Source: Veleropilina oligotropha (lineage: Eukaryota). From it: a DNA stretch of 64,000 bases. The stretch covers positions 186,001 through 250,000 of the forward strand of contig JBEUKZ010000071.1 of the NCBI GenBank assembly GCA_048128005.1, in the 5' to 3' direction. The position numbers and the translations under genes are program-made. The notes under the pieces were generated by a model. The model ran no database searches, was not told the DNA's origin, and saw only the letters and a list, made by a program, of their open reading frames with translations. Of this stretch, positions 1 through 9,134 are shown piece after piece (positions within the stretch are counted from its first letter, which is position 1; the number at the start of each line of letters is the position of its first letter).

Positions 1-328
1 GCCCAGTTAAAACTGGTTGGTCCCGACACATTATTCTGGTCCCCACACTTCCGTTTAGCACAGAAAAAACAAATCGGTCCCCTTGTTTACGTGGTGGACA
101 GTAATCTCGTCGACTCATCGTCACGTGGCAATAAGATTCTAGAATGATCAGAGATCTCAAGAAGTTATATATGGGATGAGTACGTGGAAATTCTATGTAA
201 AGCTTCTAGAATGAACAGAGATCGTCAGAAGTTATATATAGGGGATGTGGTAATAAATTGATCTAGAAGGCTGTAGAACGCACAGAGAAACTATATAAGC
301 TCTGCATAACGTCTCGAGTCACATACAG

Positions 329-616
329 ATGGATAGCATTTCAACAGACCTACTTAGTTTGAGAATGGATCGACAACGTGGTTTTGTAGAGAACTTTCTT
401 CACGAAGAAGCCGCCGATAATCAGGTATCGAAAAATGCGACAAGACTGGAACTGACCCGAACAAAAAACCGTAGGGACAACATATATCAAAACATGAAAA
501 AAACCAAGTGGAGAATGAAAAAGATGCTCGAAAAACTCCGTGAGCTTGAAATTGCCCATGATGCAGCAGCCGCAGATGTACGCAGGCTGCAAAACCTACT
601 GAAGGACGACGAATAG
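329..616 (+). CDS. 95-aa basic coiled-coil protein in a ~540-bp block absent from the intact copy
   Basis: ATG ORF with TATATAAG ~30 nt upstream; heptad-like, K/R/E-rich sequence. Confidence 0.5.
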   Translation: MDSISTDLLSLRMDRQRGFVENFLHEEAADNQVSKNATRLELTRTKNRRDNIYQNMKKTKWRMKKMLEKLRELEIAHDAAAADVRRLQNLLKDDE

Positions 617-920
617 GCAAAATGTAACAACAGAACTAGGCACCCGACACACCACCATAACTTGGTCAGTCGGGGCCATCAGTATCTGGTAGATACTCTG
701 ACGAGGCCTCACAGGCCTAAATGGCTGATGACCAAGGTATCGGCTTGAAAAAATCTGTTTTGACGACTTTGCTGCAGTGCTGGGAGCCTTCCAGGAGGAT
801 ATCTATAGATTACGGGGCCTACTGGAGGGGGATTAGTGATATGAGTTTCGGCCGAAATGTCCACAGGTAAGTGTTTTAATTTAATTTACTATTCTAAGCT
901 ACCCTAGTTCAGACAGCGCC

Positions 921-1113
921 GTGTACACACGGTGACTTTTTGTAATACACGCTATACCCTGGGGTCTGAAAGGGTGCTGGGAGCCCCCACCCCCGGGCCC
1001 CTGGGCCCCACCCTAACTCCCTAGTCCCCCACAGTAATACCAGCTCGGTTCTGAAATGGTGCTGGGAGCTTTATTTTTCCATTCTAAAAGGTATGGTCAC
1101 CCCCCCTGCTGCT
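921..1113. repeat. 193-bp terminal repeat (TIR sequence)
   Basis: Near-identical direct copy of 21812-22004 (one substitution seen); ends CCCCCCCTGCTGCT. Confidence 0.95.
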
Positions 1114-1144
1114 ACAGCATTGGCGCTGAGGGTGTGTTGTCCAT
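1114..1144 (-). pseudogene. 5' stub (MDNTPSAPML) of the late-domain protein, cut by the terminus at 1113
   Basis: Homologous to the start of 27941-28576 (MMDNKPSAPTLYPQL). Confidence 0.85.
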
Positions 1145-1513
1145 CTATACGTGGCTGTATTGTTCCGCCGGTTGATTCCCCTTGTCTGCCGTAACGTTCA
1201 AATACAGAGTGCCGACCCACGGGGCCTTGATGGCAAAGGCGAGGGTCAACCTGTCCGAATTCAGGCCAAGCTTACTGATGGAACATGCTTTGGGGCCCCC
1301 GGCCGGCTGGACCGGCGTCAGGTGGATCATTAGCAGGGCTAGGTTCAACCCAAATCGACCTCCAGTGTTAGGGATCATGAACTCCCTCCTCGCCAGCCCC
1401 TTATTGGGCGCTACCCCACAATTAAGGACAAAGTGCCACCGGGTTGGGGAAGAGGGCTCATCTGCAAGCAGGGGTGGGGGTGGGAGTGGGGTCCCATAGA
1501 TGCTGGCGCTCAT
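1145..1513 (-). CDS. 122-aa beta-rich viral protein, function unknown
   Basis: Conserved with 28573-28923; ATG overlaps the minor capsid stop (ATGA). Confidence 0.7.
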   Translation of the reverse strand: MSASIYGTPLPPPPLLADEPSSPTRWHFVLNCGVAPNKGLARREFMIPNTGGRFGLNLALLMIHLTPVQPAGGPKACSISKLGLNSDRLTLAFAIKAPWVGTLYLNVTADKGNQPAEQYSHV

Positions 1514-2217
1514 TGTATCGCAAGGACTGCGGACATAGGCATACCGTGATTGTTGAGCGGGTTACCATCTGGGTCTGTGACCCACACCTTCAACTCTGTG
1601 ATTAGTCCGGCCTGCAGTCGCCGGCCGGCGGGATAGCTATGATAGTGGGCAGCTTCACCGAACATCTGCGACGTTATAGGGACCACCGCGAGAATATTGC
1701 TAGGGGCGCCGTCCTTCACATTGTGTGTTGTACTGAGCTGCTCCAGGTGAACGTGTAGGGTCGCTGCAATGGCAAACCCGACAGGCTTGTTCCCGTCATA
1801 CGTCCCGGGGCGTAGCCATTGCGGCTCATCTGCAGGCTTGTTCTTGTCATAAGTCATAAGCAGCCACCACCCTGCAAGGGTGAAGCCGAGGAGCTTCCGT
1901 ATATCGGCGCTGATCGCGAGTTGAGTCCCAGAGGGGACCACGAGTCGCGCGAGTCCAGTAGCACGGCTCACATCTAGCTGTATGTTAACTAGCGACCTCT
2001 TCATTGTCTTGGCGAGGGAATCGAAGCTGTAGAAACCCGGTGCCACCTCGACCGTGGTATCCGGGGTCTTAAAGAATGCTCCAGCGTGCACGTTATGCCA
2101 GCCGACCCAGTAGTCGAACGAGCGCAGGACGACGCATAGTTTGCCTTCCCGGTTATCTATCGGTTGCAGGAGGTGAACCGCGGTCCCCTCTTGAACACTC
2201 GTTAATGTGTGGAACAT
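1510..2217 (-). CDS. Putative minor capsid (penton-like single jelly-roll) protein
   Basis: 235 aa; PGFYS motif and C-terminal LHVHL..N..DG..S.ILAVVPI...ITELKVWVTD.DG.P...L pattern typical of Polinton minor capsids; conserved in copy 2. Confidence 0.7.
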   Translation of the reverse strand: MFHTLTSVQEGTAVHLLQPIDNREGKLCVVLRSFDYWVGWHNVHAGAFFKTPDTTVEVAPGFYSFDSLAKTMKRSLVNIQLDVSRATGLARLVVPSGTQLAISADIRKLLGFTLAGWWLLMTYDKNKPADEPQWLRPGTYDGNKPVGFAIAATLHVHLEQLSTTHNVKDGAPSNILAVVPITSQMFGEAAHYHSYPAGRRLQAGLITELKVWVTDPDGNPLNNHGMPMSAVLAIQ

Positions 2218-2221
2218 AGCT

Positions 2222-3496
2222 ATGGCTCTTAGCCCCTTTGCGTTTAATGGGAGTGCGGCCTATCCGACCGGTGTGGTGTACCTAGGAAGGATCAACGATG
2301 AGCAGCTTACAAAACCAAGCGTCGTTGTCTCCTCGTCTGAATCTCCTGCCTTCGGGGCAGACTACCCCGACGTCTTTCAAAAATACCGCCTCCCTCACGT
2401 CGCGAGTGACCGGCTAATACGGGATTGGAACAGCACGCCGATGCAGTTCTGGCAGAACAAGGTAAACTTCGCCGTATGGTGTGCTACAACAGGTTCCGGG
2501 ATCTCCTCAGAAGACCACTTGAATGCTACTGCAGCCCTCGCCAGAGCTGTATTCACCTTCCACGTATACTATCAGGTCAGAAGGATCTTGACCGAGATTC
2601 AGGCCCCGCTGCCTCAAGACGTGACGTGGGATGCATTCGACACCCCGTATGACCGAAGGGCATATGAAAAGATCTGCAGCGAATTCGGAGTGTCACCACA
2701 TACCGACTGGCGTGTCAAGGGTCCCAACGGCGGACTAGGCACGGCTTACAGCTACTGGACGAACAATGGCTACCACTCCATAGGACGTGAGTATGACCCA
2801 AGCCGAATGTCGTTCACAAAAGGGACTACCAACTCAAATCTACACGTGGACTACATCGCGCAAGCGCCTAGCCTTTCAAACGGCTGGGCTTCGTTTATTC
2901 TGGACAAGTCAGCGGGATTTACCCGGGCCGGCGTGGAAAGGCTCAATGACTCCATCAGGACCTACGTCTGGGCGATTCTTGGAGCGCAGGCGCAGACGCG
3001 TGCAGGCATTATCGGCACCGGTACGGCGTTTGACGCACAGAAACAGTTTCTGGCGAACGTGGAAGATGCCATCGCATCCCCCGTTGACCTACCAGCAGCA
3101 ATCAAACGGTACCAAGAGGTGCTCCAGTATGCGAGGTCCAAAGTGGACTTCGTATTCGGCGTTGGCCTGTACATGGCGCCAAGTGACATGCTTCTACGGA
3201 TCGGGCAGGTGGCTGGTTATAACAACGAGATCATCGTCGCCACGGAAAACCAGACACTCGGTCTTAATACTACGGTCAACGCGGCCAGTGTGCCGCTCAA
3301 CGCCGCACGGGGTACTGGAGAAACAGGACTGGTCATCCCACAAGACGCAGTCTTACGGGCAGATGCTCCGAAGCATCCAAACGATGAGGCCCTGGCAGCT
3401 GTTCGAGCCGGGGCTGCCCAGTCACATGACGAGGAGAAAACCGCACTTATCGTGGGTCTCGTCGTCGTTGGCCTAGCGTTCGTTTGGCTTACGTGA
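2222..3496 (+). CDS. ~424-aa viral protein with C-terminal membrane anchor
   Basis: Conserved with 29668-30951; ends ALIVGLVVVGLAFVWLT. Confidence 0.8.
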   Translation: MALSPFAFNGSAAYPTGVVYLGRINDEQLTKPSVVVSSSESPAFGADYPDVFQKYRLPHVASDRLIRDWNSTPMQFWQNKVNFAVWCATTGSGISSEDHLNATAALARAVFTFHVYYQVRRILTEIQAPLPQDVTWDAFDTPYDRRAYEKICSEFGVSPHTDWRVKGPNGGLGTAYSYWTNNGYHSIGREYDPSRMSFTKGTTNSNLHVDYIAQAPSLSNGWASFILDKSAGFTRAGVERLNDSIRTYVWAILGAQAQTRAGIIGTGTAFDAQKQFLANVEDAIASPVDLPAAIKRYQEVLQYARSKVDFVFGVGLYMAPSDMLLRIGQVAGYNNEIIVATENQTLGLNTTVNAASVPLNAARGTGETGLVIPQDAVLRADAPKHPNDEALAAVRAGAAQSHDEEKTALIVGLVVVGLAFVWLT

Positions 3497-4748
3497 CCCA
3501 CTGTCTAGCGGCAATAAGAAGCAAGCCCCCGACAGATATAATCACAGCCCACAGGTTCTCGGCCAGCCACGATGCTGTCTTGCCGACCAGGTTGATTAGC
3601 CAGGAGACCAGGCTGCCAAGTATTCCGGGGAGTGCGGCTGCGGCCTTCCCCGCTAGTTTGCCCAGAATCCGACCCAGGTTCTGCAGCTGCTTTTTGACCC
3701 ACTCCTTGACCCCCCCCTGACCACTGGGAGGTGGTGGTGTTGGTGCGATGCTCGGCGCTCCGCCTGTTAGGGCTAGTACCAAAGTCGAGATGGCCAACCC
3801 GATCGCGGTCAGTATTGTTGCGATCGTAACCCCCTGCACGCGAAACAGGGTCCGGATACGCTCGGCCAGCGTTGTGTCAGAGTGGAGTATCCGATTTAGC
3901 ATCTCTCGGATCCGGCTGATCTGAGAGCGAAGGGCTTCCCGGCTTGATGAGGCTGCCTCTAGTCTGGCTTCTCGTTCATCCTGTAAGTTGCGAAGACGTT
4001 CCGCGATCCGTCGACGAATAAACTCATCCACACCGCCCTCTTCATCGGCCCGATCGAGCTTGCTCTTCTCCAGCTCTATGTGTTCGTCCAGCGCCGTTAG
4101 TTTGGCTAGATTGTTGGTTAGTTCGCCTCGAATGGTCTGCATCGCCTTGTCAAGTCCGCGAAGCTCGCGGAGGTTTAATGGAGGGTCCCCCATTGTGCCT
4201 AAGATCTCTTCAACCTCGGTATCAGTGAATTCCGTCTCCATCGTGTGGATTGCTACCGAGGCATCAGTAGCAGTCTGCCCCAAGTCCCGCAGTTCTACGT
4301 TGTCTACGTTGGCCGCTGCACCGCTCAACTCGTTGTCTGCGGTCTGAAATGCCGCGACGGCTTTTGAGGACAGCTTTTGTCCCCCCCGCTTCCAGTGTAC
4401 GAAGCCCAACCCATCTCTGATGGCACTACCCCCACCACGCTGGCCAGCTATGGTTGCCAAAGCCTTGGGTTTACCGGTGCTAGAATTGATGAGATCGATG
4501 TGGGGCCAGGCTTTCATCTGCAGTCGCCCGTCCACGTAATCGAACCTGGAGTAATCACGCCCCGCGGCGGGGGTTTGCCCCTCTTTGGACAGGGCGTTGT
4601 AGTAGTCATCAACCGCTGTTTGAACAAGCTCTTGCCGCAGACCGCTGGTTCCTTCCTGTGGCGCCGCCACAATCCAGTCCGTGGATCCAACCTCACCATC
4701 ATCGTCGATGATGTCGGGCTCGAATGTGGGGTTCTCAAATTCCGCCAT
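3489..4748 (-). CDS. 419-aa coiled-coil membrane protein
   Basis: Start MAEFENP by homology with 30944-32257; long coiled coil then hydrophobic/amphipathic helices. Confidence 0.8.
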   Translation of the reverse strand: MAEFENPTFEPDIIDDDGEVGSTDWIVAAPQEGTSGLRQELVQTAVDDYYNALSKEGQTPAAGRDYSRFDYVDGRLQMKAWPHIDLINSSTGKPKALATIAGQRGGGSAIRDGLGFVHWKRGGQKLSSKAVAAFQTADNELSGAAANVDNVELRDLGQTATDASVAIHTMETEFTDTEVEEILGTMGDPPLNLRELRGLDKAMQTIRGELTNNLAKLTALDEHIELEKSKLDRADEEGGVDEFIRRRIAERLRNLQDEREARLEAASSSREALRSQISRIREMLNRILHSDTTLAERIRTLFRVQGVTIATILTAIGLAISTLVLALTGGAPSIAPTPPPPSGQGGVKEWVKKQLQNLGRILGKLAGKAAAALPGILGSLVSWLINLVGKTASWLAENLWAVIISVGGLLLIAARQWVT

Positions 4749-4791
4749 TTGAATACACCGGTGGGGGTACGCATCTAATTCAGACAACAAC

Positions 4792-6096
4792 ATGTCCAGC
4801 ACGTACGGACGCACGTTGGATCCATACCGCAGACTGCGAGAGCCTCTTGGGGTGAAAGGGGTCCGCCAGTCGGTCACGATAACGAACAACCCATCCACTA
4901 TTGCTGCGAACCAGCAGCTGTTGGTTCGGTTCCCGAATCTCGGGACTCACGACGTTATCGTGCCAGGGACTGCCCACCTCGCATTCACCATTGCTCTGAC
5001 CTCGGCTAACCCGAACAGGACTGTAGTTCAGAACATCGGACGCGCCGTGATCAAAAAGACCACGATAAAGATCAGTGGGAACGAAGTCATGTCTATAGAT
5101 GACTCCGACGTGTACCACTGCTACTGCGATCTCTGGAAAACCGCAGGGGAGCGCACGAATGCCCAATATCAGGGTATTGATACCAGCGATGGACACAACA
5201 CTACGAAGAACCGTGTCGGCGCTGAGGGCGCATTCAGACGTTCTGAGGACACAGCTATATCGGACGCGTACGGTCCGAGGTTCCGCATCCCGCTGGACTT
5301 CGAGTTGCTGGAGAGCCACATGCCGTTCTACCAGAGTGCGTTGGGGGACCGTCTTGAGTATGAGCTCACCTTCAACGACCACTCAAGGACGATCAGGGAC
5401 ACCGATGACCCCAGCTCCAGCTACGTCATCGACAATATCAGCCTGGAATACGACATGGTCACTAATCTTGAGCTTGCCAGATTGATACAAAACCAATACT
5501 CGGGCCGCCTCACTATCCTGTACGATCGTGTCCTGCGGCATCGTAAGATCACGAGAGACAAGAGTGACACTTTGTGGAATTTAAATTTGAATGTACCGGC
5601 GAAATCCATGAAGGGAATCCTACTTCTGTTCGAGGATCCCGCGAGAGACGCCGCACCATTCGCGAGGGACACCGAGGCCTTCTACAATCCGAAGATCACG
5701 AAGGTCGAGGTCACCATTGAGGGCGTTCCAAATCAAATATACAGCCAGGGCATGCGTTCCTACCAGATGTGGGACGAAGCCAGGAGATTCTTCGCCTCCT
5801 CCCCAAGCAGCAAGCGCCATCCTGAGGTCGCGTTGGTTGCCAAGGATTTGGAATTGGCGGACGTCACCCTGGGCGAGTTTCTGACTAAGAAGTTCGCCTT
5901 ATTGATAGATCTCCGGGTAACTGACGACGACGAGCTGCATGGGTCAGGCCGGAAAGTAGATAACGCCAGCGAGGGCATCACCATCCAGATAACTAAGGCG
6001 GGTGAAGCAGCCGGCCCGTTGAACGTCTACGTGTTCGTGATAATGGATGCGCAACTGCATATTCAGGATGGCCGATTTGTCACCGCGCTGTACTAA
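4792..6096 (+). CDS. Putative major capsid protein (double jelly-roll)
   Basis: 434-aa beta-rich protein directly upstream of the packaging ATPase; FRIPLDF, LEYELTFN, KVEVTIEGVP patterns; highly conserved in copy 2. Confidence 0.75.
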   Translation: MSSTYGRTLDPYRRLREPLGVKGVRQSVTITNNPSTIAANQQLLVRFPNLGTHDVIVPGTAHLAFTIALTSANPNRTVVQNIGRAVIKKTTIKISGNEVMSIDDSDVYHCYCDLWKTAGERTNAQYQGIDTSDGHNTTKNRVGAEGAFRRSEDTAISDAYGPRFRIPLDFELLESHMPFYQSALGDRLEYELTFNDHSRTIRDTDDPSSSYVIDNISLEYDMVTNLELARLIQNQYSGRLTILYDRVLRHRKITRDKSDTLWNLNLNVPAKSMKGILLLFEDPARDAAPFARDTEAFYNPKITKVEVTIEGVPNQIYSQGMRSYQMWDEARRFFASSPSSKRHPEVALVAKDLELADVTLGEFLTKKFALLIDLRVTDDDELHGSGRKVDNASEGITIQITKAGEAAGPLNVYVFVIMDAQLHIQDGRFVTALY

Positions 6097-6702
6097 AAGA
6101 CGGTTCCCCCACCCCAAGGACCCCCACTCCGCGATCATCTGTGGCCAGACCGGCTGCGGGAAGACGGTTTTCATACTTGAACTTCTCGAGGGGGAGTACC
6201 TAGGAGTGTTCCGACATATTGTGATCCTCTGCCCCACGATCAAGTACAACAAAGCATACCAGTCCTGTCCATGGATCTGGACTGACCCTGAGGTGTACTT
6301 GATCCCCCCCGGTGAGCGACTCCATGACTGGTTGCGGGGTTCTACCGGCTGTTTCAGGGGGAACCAACCCTCTACATCATCGACGACTGCGCCGCCAGCA
6401 AAGCCCTCGCAAAGAGAAGGGACATGCTGACTTTGTTGGCCTTCAGCGGAAGACACGCCGAACAGAGCGTATGGGTAGTGACGCAAAAGTACAACGCAGT
6501 CTTGAAGGAGCTCAGAGAGCAGACCTGCTGGGTCGCGCTGTTCCATTGCAAGGACCGCGACAGTTTCGAGGACTGTCTGCGCGAGAACGATGTTATCTCA
6601 TCGCAGGATGAACGGACCGCGGTACGGGCTCTGTTGGCCGAGACCAGACACGCTAAGCTGTTGTTAAAGACTGATCAGCCCGTTGCTTATAGTGTGCTAT
6701 AG
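6068..6702 (+). pseudogene. A32/FtsK-HerA-like packaging ATPase, frameshifted
   Basis: Walker A GQTGCGKT; a G run at ~6335 has 4 G versus 5 G in the intact copy (33567-34199), splitting the ORF; mutation or assembly homopolymer error. Confidence 0.85.
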
Positions 6703-6755
6703 CAGCTACTTGGCTAGCCCTAACATCTACTTAGCAGCTACTTAGCTAGCTAGGC

Positions 6756-7463
6756 ATGTCGGACGCTGTATACATAGCTTTTGCTTGCAGCCAAAGCCTG
6801 ACGTTGCTGCTACTCGTAACATTGTGGTATTGGCATTATCGCTATATTAGACTGGCGAGGAGATGTTGGAAACGCTTAAGGATGGACAGCCTCATCGATC
6901 AACTCATGGATGACGAGGAAGAAACGACCGTCTGCCAGGGCCCCCCACCCCGCTCGACGACCGAACGTGGCGAGGAACCTGAAACTGGCGTAGCAAAGAA
7001 ACGGGAGAGGCTTGCAGCATTAGCCGTTGGAGGACAGGCCCACCGATACATGGGGCGCAACCTCACGGTTGACCGAATCGACGATATGACTGACGACGAG
7101 GTTGAGAAACACCATGCACGGTATGAAGCCAAGCTCGGTGCTGACATGACGAAGACCCTGGGGACTGCCGCTATACAGCTGTATGCGGGTGCAGCTGGGA
7201 TGTTCTTGCCCATTCCGCCGGAGAACCAGCTACGACTGGTCGCTGACCTCGAGGCCGACCCTTTCATCTCACATGCCCTGAGCACTGCAAGCTGTGAGCT
7301 GTCCGCAGCGCTGACCACGGCTAAGCACTGCCAATTTGGACATGTTTGCCCGCCTAAAATATCGCGAGAGCGAGATCAAGATGACAACGCAGGAAGTGGA
7401 CCAAATGATCGAGAGCCAGCCGATAGAGAGGGTGACTTCTTCGACGGACTCATCAGTGAGTAA
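6756..7463 (+). CDS. Viral protein with N-terminal TM helix; 33-bp in-frame deletion relative to copy 2
   Basis: Homologous to 34261-35016; lacks YYKYGMYLAPL. Confidence 0.75.
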   Translation: MSDAVYIAFACSQSLTLLLLVTLWYWHYRYIRLARRCWKRLRMDSLIDQLMDDEEETTVCQGPPPRSTTERGEEPETGVAKKRERLAALAVGGQAHRYMGRNLTVDRIDDMTDDEVEKHHARYEAKLGADMTKTLGTAAIQLYAGAAGMFLPIPPENQLRLVADLEADPFISHALSTASCELSAALTTAKHCQFGHVCPPKISRERDQDDNAGSGPNDREPADREGDFFDGLISE

Positions 7464-7856
7464 CAAGGACCCTAAAAAGGACCCTAAGAAGGTCGCAGCA
7501 GGCCGGGCCGGTGCTGCGGCTCGGAAAGCCAAGCAGGAGAGGCTCCTTGCCGACGTTAGAAGACTCAAAGAAAACGCTCGACAAGTATCCGCCAGCGAAG
7601 TTCCTTCAGGCCTACCGGAGGCACAGCCCAAACACAGTGGTGCCCCCCCCGTGGTGACCGCGGTCGAAAAAGCTGGACAGTCAGCTACACGGAAATCGGA
7701 CCCATTTAATTGGACCCAGGTAGCCGTTGCTGGAGACGCAGCAACCCTGGTCCATCCATACCACATCAACAGCCACTAGCACAGGCGAGGCAGCCCACCC
7801 CCTCGAGGGCCACCACCGAATTGAAGAATGAGCACAACCCGTTCCATATGCGATAG
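7381..7856 (+). pseudogene. Basic KDPKKVAAGR protein, TM segment deleted with frameshift
   Basis: Homologous to 34919-35410; ~40 bp missing near 7733; the C-terminal NPFHM lies in another frame. Confidence 0.7.
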
Positions 7857-7868
7857 TCTCAGTACAAC

Positions 7869-8108
7869 ATGACTACCCCGATTACTGACGGAAAGATGCT
7901 CGGCAACGCCGTCTATCACGCAGCTATCGTGTCCGGCCTCGCCATAGGCTACGCACGCCTGGTCAAGATGGTATTCAAGGGTGTCAGTCCTAAGCTGGAC
8001 TTCACGGGGTACGATGTCGGGATGGTCGTCCTCGACGTAGCGCTCGCCATGGCGACGAAGGACATGCTGATCAAGCAAGGCATCATTCCGGCCGACGTTT
8101 TGAAGTAG
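7869..8108 (+). CDS. 79-aa hydrophobic viral protein
   Basis: Near-identical to 35436-35675; two hydrophobic segments. Confidence 0.8.
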   Translation: MTTPITDGKMLGNAVYHAAIVSGLAIGYARLVKMVFKGVSPKLDFTGYDVGMVVLDVALAMATKDMLIKQGIIPADVLK

Positions 8109-8145
8109 TGGGACCTTGCTAGATAATCGCAGCATATATAGTTAC

Positions 8146-8351
8146 AAACATACTTACGTCCTTACTCTTGCCATAATAGCATATTATCGCCCAAACCGGA
8201 AATGGTGAATATGTCCCATAATGCACCGTTATAAGCCAAAAAAGCACACGGTTACCTCCCCTGCTCCTACCCCCCACGTTCCCTAGCGAGACTTCGCCAA
8301 GTCTCGTGAGACTTCTGAACAATAGAAGTCACATGACATCAATTCAAAGTT
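8146..8351. repeat. DIRS left inverted terminal repeat (206 bp)
   Basis: Reverse complement of 15360-15565. Confidence 0.95.
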
Positions 8352-9134
8352 TTCCGCTGCCGCGGAAAGACGTTGTTTTTGCTCCGCAAATATTTCGATA
8401 TAGGCGCCCGATTTCACGTTAAATCAGGGCGCAGTTTCTACTTATATAGTATATAGGTAGTGGAATATAACAGTGTTGTGGATATAAAACACATGTGAAT
8501 ATAAGAAGAGTGATTCTCAAAACTTCGAGGAAGTTCTGGACATCAAAGGAAACAGACATCGTCGTCAAGGACGCCAGTGGCCATTAAAGATGGCCGCTTA
8601 GAGGGAAAGTTTCGAGTGGTAGCTGAAATTTCTGGTCTGTATAATTATCTGATATTGTTTGAGACTGCAAAACAGGTAACTCATTACATTGGATAATTCC
8701 TTAACAACGCTATTTGCTGGTTATTTATTATATATATAAAATTTTCTAGCGTTGTTAAAAGGCAGGATCTTTTGATATTAAGCTTGCGTTAATTTTCTGA
8801 TATCCTGCCGTTGCTGGGATAATACGCCATTGTACTAACTTAAAACATCCACGAGGTTTTCAGGTGTTTTTCTGGGCGGGTTTTTTCGAGGAAAGAACCC
8901 CCCTTTGTTTTAGTCAATTTGCCGGGTTACCGGGTCGGTCGGGTAAAATACCCGACCTCGGTGTTCCCAGTTCGGGGTTCTAATAACGGTATATCGCTTG
9001 ATCTCTAATCTTCAGATCAGGACAATTCTGTGAGTTGTCGTAGTACTCCCTCCAAGGAAAGAAGTCTCAACTACCATATATATACCTATTTATCTACCCC
9101 GTCTACCCACGTCCACCCTCCCGTGTATTTAGCT

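Larger units (their letters stand above)
1..1113 (-). mobile_element. Left end of a third Polinton-like element, inverted, extending out of the window
   Basis: On the minus strand from 1113: AGCAGCAGGGGGGGTGACC terminus; 822-909 is the reverse complement of 26598-26684 and ~20-280 matches ~26687-26920, i.e. the left arm of the intact copy. Confidence 0.85.

Noticed and set aside
1182..1499. 105-aa plus-strand ORF with a counterpart at 28601-28912
   Set aside because: Antisense to the ATGA-coupled minus-strand gene, which explains its conservation; not fully excluded.
8119..8322. Short ORFs in the DIRS ITRs (also 15389, 54878, 62975)
   Set aside because: Repeated only because the ITRs are repeated; not conserved between the two DIRS elements.
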